From positions 3,380,485 to 3,444,484 of the forward strand of contig NC_134027.1 in NCBI RefSeq assembly GCF_964204645.1: a DNA stretch of 64,000 bases, written 5' to 3'. The notes under the pieces are model-generated. The model made no database searches. It was not told where the DNA came from and saw only the letters and a list, made by a program, of their open reading frames with translations. Both the position numbers and the translations under genes were made by a program. Shown here one piece after another: positions 61,624 through 64,000 of the stretch. Every line of letters starts with the position of its first letter. The stretch's first letter is position 1. This stretch comes from Tubulanus polymorphus. Its lineage: Eukaryota > Animalia > Nemertea.

Positions 61624-64000
61624 CTATTTGTAGTTGAATTTAACTTTGATCAAGTATTTCATTTTTATTTGGCTCGTGTCGTAGACGATAAACTCGTTAT
61701 AATTCAGAGTATAACCACGTGGATTATTAACGCCAGTATCTTGAGCTTTACCCATTGGAACAATGATACCATCCGATCTGAAAGTTAAAATAGAATATCT
61801 CATCATATAAGAGTTAAAAAGAAATTTTCATTGGATTATTACCGATGTATAGTAGTCAGAATATCGAGATATTTTACTTACGTAGTGAAGTCTGCAGTTG
61901 CATTTGGTGCTACGCTACCGAGACCTTTAACACTATGTTTACCGGCTGGGAGTTTGTTAGCAGTGTAATTAGCATTAAGCAACTCATTCACTCCTCCGAG
62001 AGCAACCTATAATATATACTGTAATCATTAGTTCCATCATAATGATTACTTCATTGTTAGAAAATGCATGATTTCAATGAACTTACATCGCATAAAACGA
62101 GGAGACCAATATTCTTAGATCGCGTCGTGAAACAATAATTGGCACTTTTGCTCGACATATCAGCAAAATAAACTCCTTTACCAAACTGAAATAGTGATGA
62201 AATAAACCTTTAGATGGATAAGTAATCATTGAGTTGAAAATGAGTTACTTATGATTAGCTTACCATGTAACCAGTAACCGGAGCTTCGGGTGGAGCAATA
62301 CGTAAACCTTTCTGTAAGATTCCACACCAATTTGTTAGTCGTGATCCGTGCCATAACAATTTCCTATATGAGCAAAATTCAAACAATATCAATAGTTTTA
62401 TTTGGTTTTTGCACTAGAATTGGAAACTGTAAAACTCACCTATTTCCGAGATCCTTCTTGAATTTCTCGGCCTCACCCTCTTTTTCGCATTCAAATACAT
62501 CAACAATTTTCATAGAATAATGATTATGTGTATCGGCATGTGTGTTCTTTAGATAATCTTCTACCATCTATAAACAAACATTCGAATGTCAAATTTCTGG
62601 AGTGTTAGTTACAGATCAATTCTCGCTATAGTGATTCACCTACCTTGAAATCTGGAGAATCTTGATCCAGCGGTTTTAAGCCACATTTCAATGATTTATA
62701 ATGTTGATCAACTGGATTTTCATCACTCTTCGAGTCTTCTCGCAACATTTTCATCGCTATTTCTATATCACCCAAAGCCTAAGTGACATTTCAACAATAT
62801 TATATCTACCGATATATATGTAACTTAGAGAATATAACCAAAACAATCGATATACCGGTACCTCTAATAAGTTAGATTTCATCTTGACTTCTGCTTCAGT
62901 TTTAATCAATGGAGGTGTACGCATGCTGGAAATTAATCATTTTTACACTTCATTTCTGACCCAGATATTTTTTCCTTTATCAGTATCTTGTTATTTGTGA
63001 TCACGTACCCGAAATCATGTGGAATTCTAGTATAAAACGCATCACAAGCGGCTACCAATCTACGACCGGTATCGTTATTTTGGATGCATGTTTCTATTTC
63101 TTTCAAAGCTGTGTAACCGGCTTTAATCTGAGCAGTCGTCAATTTACCTACATTATCAATCAAATACATTGAATAAAATGAACTTCAAATAATTGCAGGT
63201 AGATGTAGAAAAACAAAACTCACCTAATGGCGCCTTTTTAGCATCGTACTTCATTTCAACTACAGCATCTTCCATTGATTTAACATCACATATCAGGTTA
63301 ATCAGAGCCTGAAAGTGAAAATACAACCAGTCAACAAATTCATACACAAACAAACAGTCAAACTCAGTTAGGTCTTTAACGGATAAGTCATCACATTAAC
63401 TAAGTCATCTATTTCTAAGTGCCAATTCGTATTTCCAAATCAATTCACTTCGCAAAATGAGCCATCATTTGGATAAGTCATCAACACAATGATTGTCCCA
63501 GCTACGACTTAAGCGAGTTTAACTTTTTAACATCAGAGCTTAGTCTACTATCTATCCATATTGTACTACGGATTGCAGCACTAAACAAAGCTTTGCGCTG
63601 ACCTGTAAGCGAATATCAATTTTCGACGCAGGGACATCTTTCTTTGGTTTGCTTTCATTCTCTTCTTTCACATTCTACATTGGAAAACAACTTAACACGT
63701 ATACATAGCTGAACATATGAAAGCGAATATACTGAGATGTTGTATTAAACACAGTGTTATGTACCTCAGTACTGTAATCCATCTCTAACATATCATACTT
63801 CCCTGGAACTTTAGTGAAAGCCTTACGACTGTGCCACTCATTTTTTGTTTTATCCTTGAACCTGCAAATGTAATCACCAGTTTTCTTTCCAATCGCTTAC
63901 TTGATTGCATTAGTTAGAAAATACAGTAAAGAGAGGACATACTTTGAACAGAATAATTGCTTTGCTTTCTCCACATCACTGCCGCACGGTGTGAGACTAT
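61624..64000 (-). CDS. PARP2: Poly(ADP-ribose) polymerase 2-like (WGR tail, regulatory and catalytic domains), 5'-partial
   Basis: Motifs [52 protein letters not shown] and [10 protein letters not shown]. Catalytic H-Y-E triad in [32 protein letters not shown] and [10 protein letters not shown]. Stop TAG at 61624-61626. Confidence 0.9.

Noticed and set aside
1-64000. CRISPR arrays, rRNA, canonical tRNA, prophage or autonomous transposase/RT ORFs
   Set aside because: None seen. There is no regular repeat-spacer array and no long ORF with such domains.

Overview
AT-rich, gene-dense genomic DNA from a bilaterian invertebrate: it has spliceosomal introns, a full 11-finger CTCF and a minor (U12) intron. 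There are no prokaryotic features. Eleven intron-containing genes can be reconstructed: TP53INP/DOR-like (last exon, +), BtpA-family (-), cyclin E (+), a ClC-7-type H+/Cl- exchanger (-), an SLC6 neutral amino-acid transporter (-), SmD1 (+), LENG1 (-), CTCF (+), ENY2 (-, missed by the ORF track), PCIF1/CAPAM (+) and a PARP2-like gene (-, 5' end outside the window). Eight of them form four head-to-head pairs. Introns and UTRs hold several families of short DNA-transposon derivatives (MITEs). The most notable observations are: (1) a Sororin/WAPL-like CFGFE motif at the CTCF C-terminus in addition to the canonical N-terminal YDF; (2) a 0.7-kb foldback element in SmD1 intron 1 whose arms carry NRF1, ETS and TCTCGCGAGA promoter motifs; (3) a U12 intron in the ClC-7 gene; (4) a uORF overlapping the start of the amino-acid transporter; (5) coding-like antisense blocks inside the large ClC-7 introns. 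I found no clearly new multi-gene system. Exon coordinates were read by eye and may be off by a few bases.
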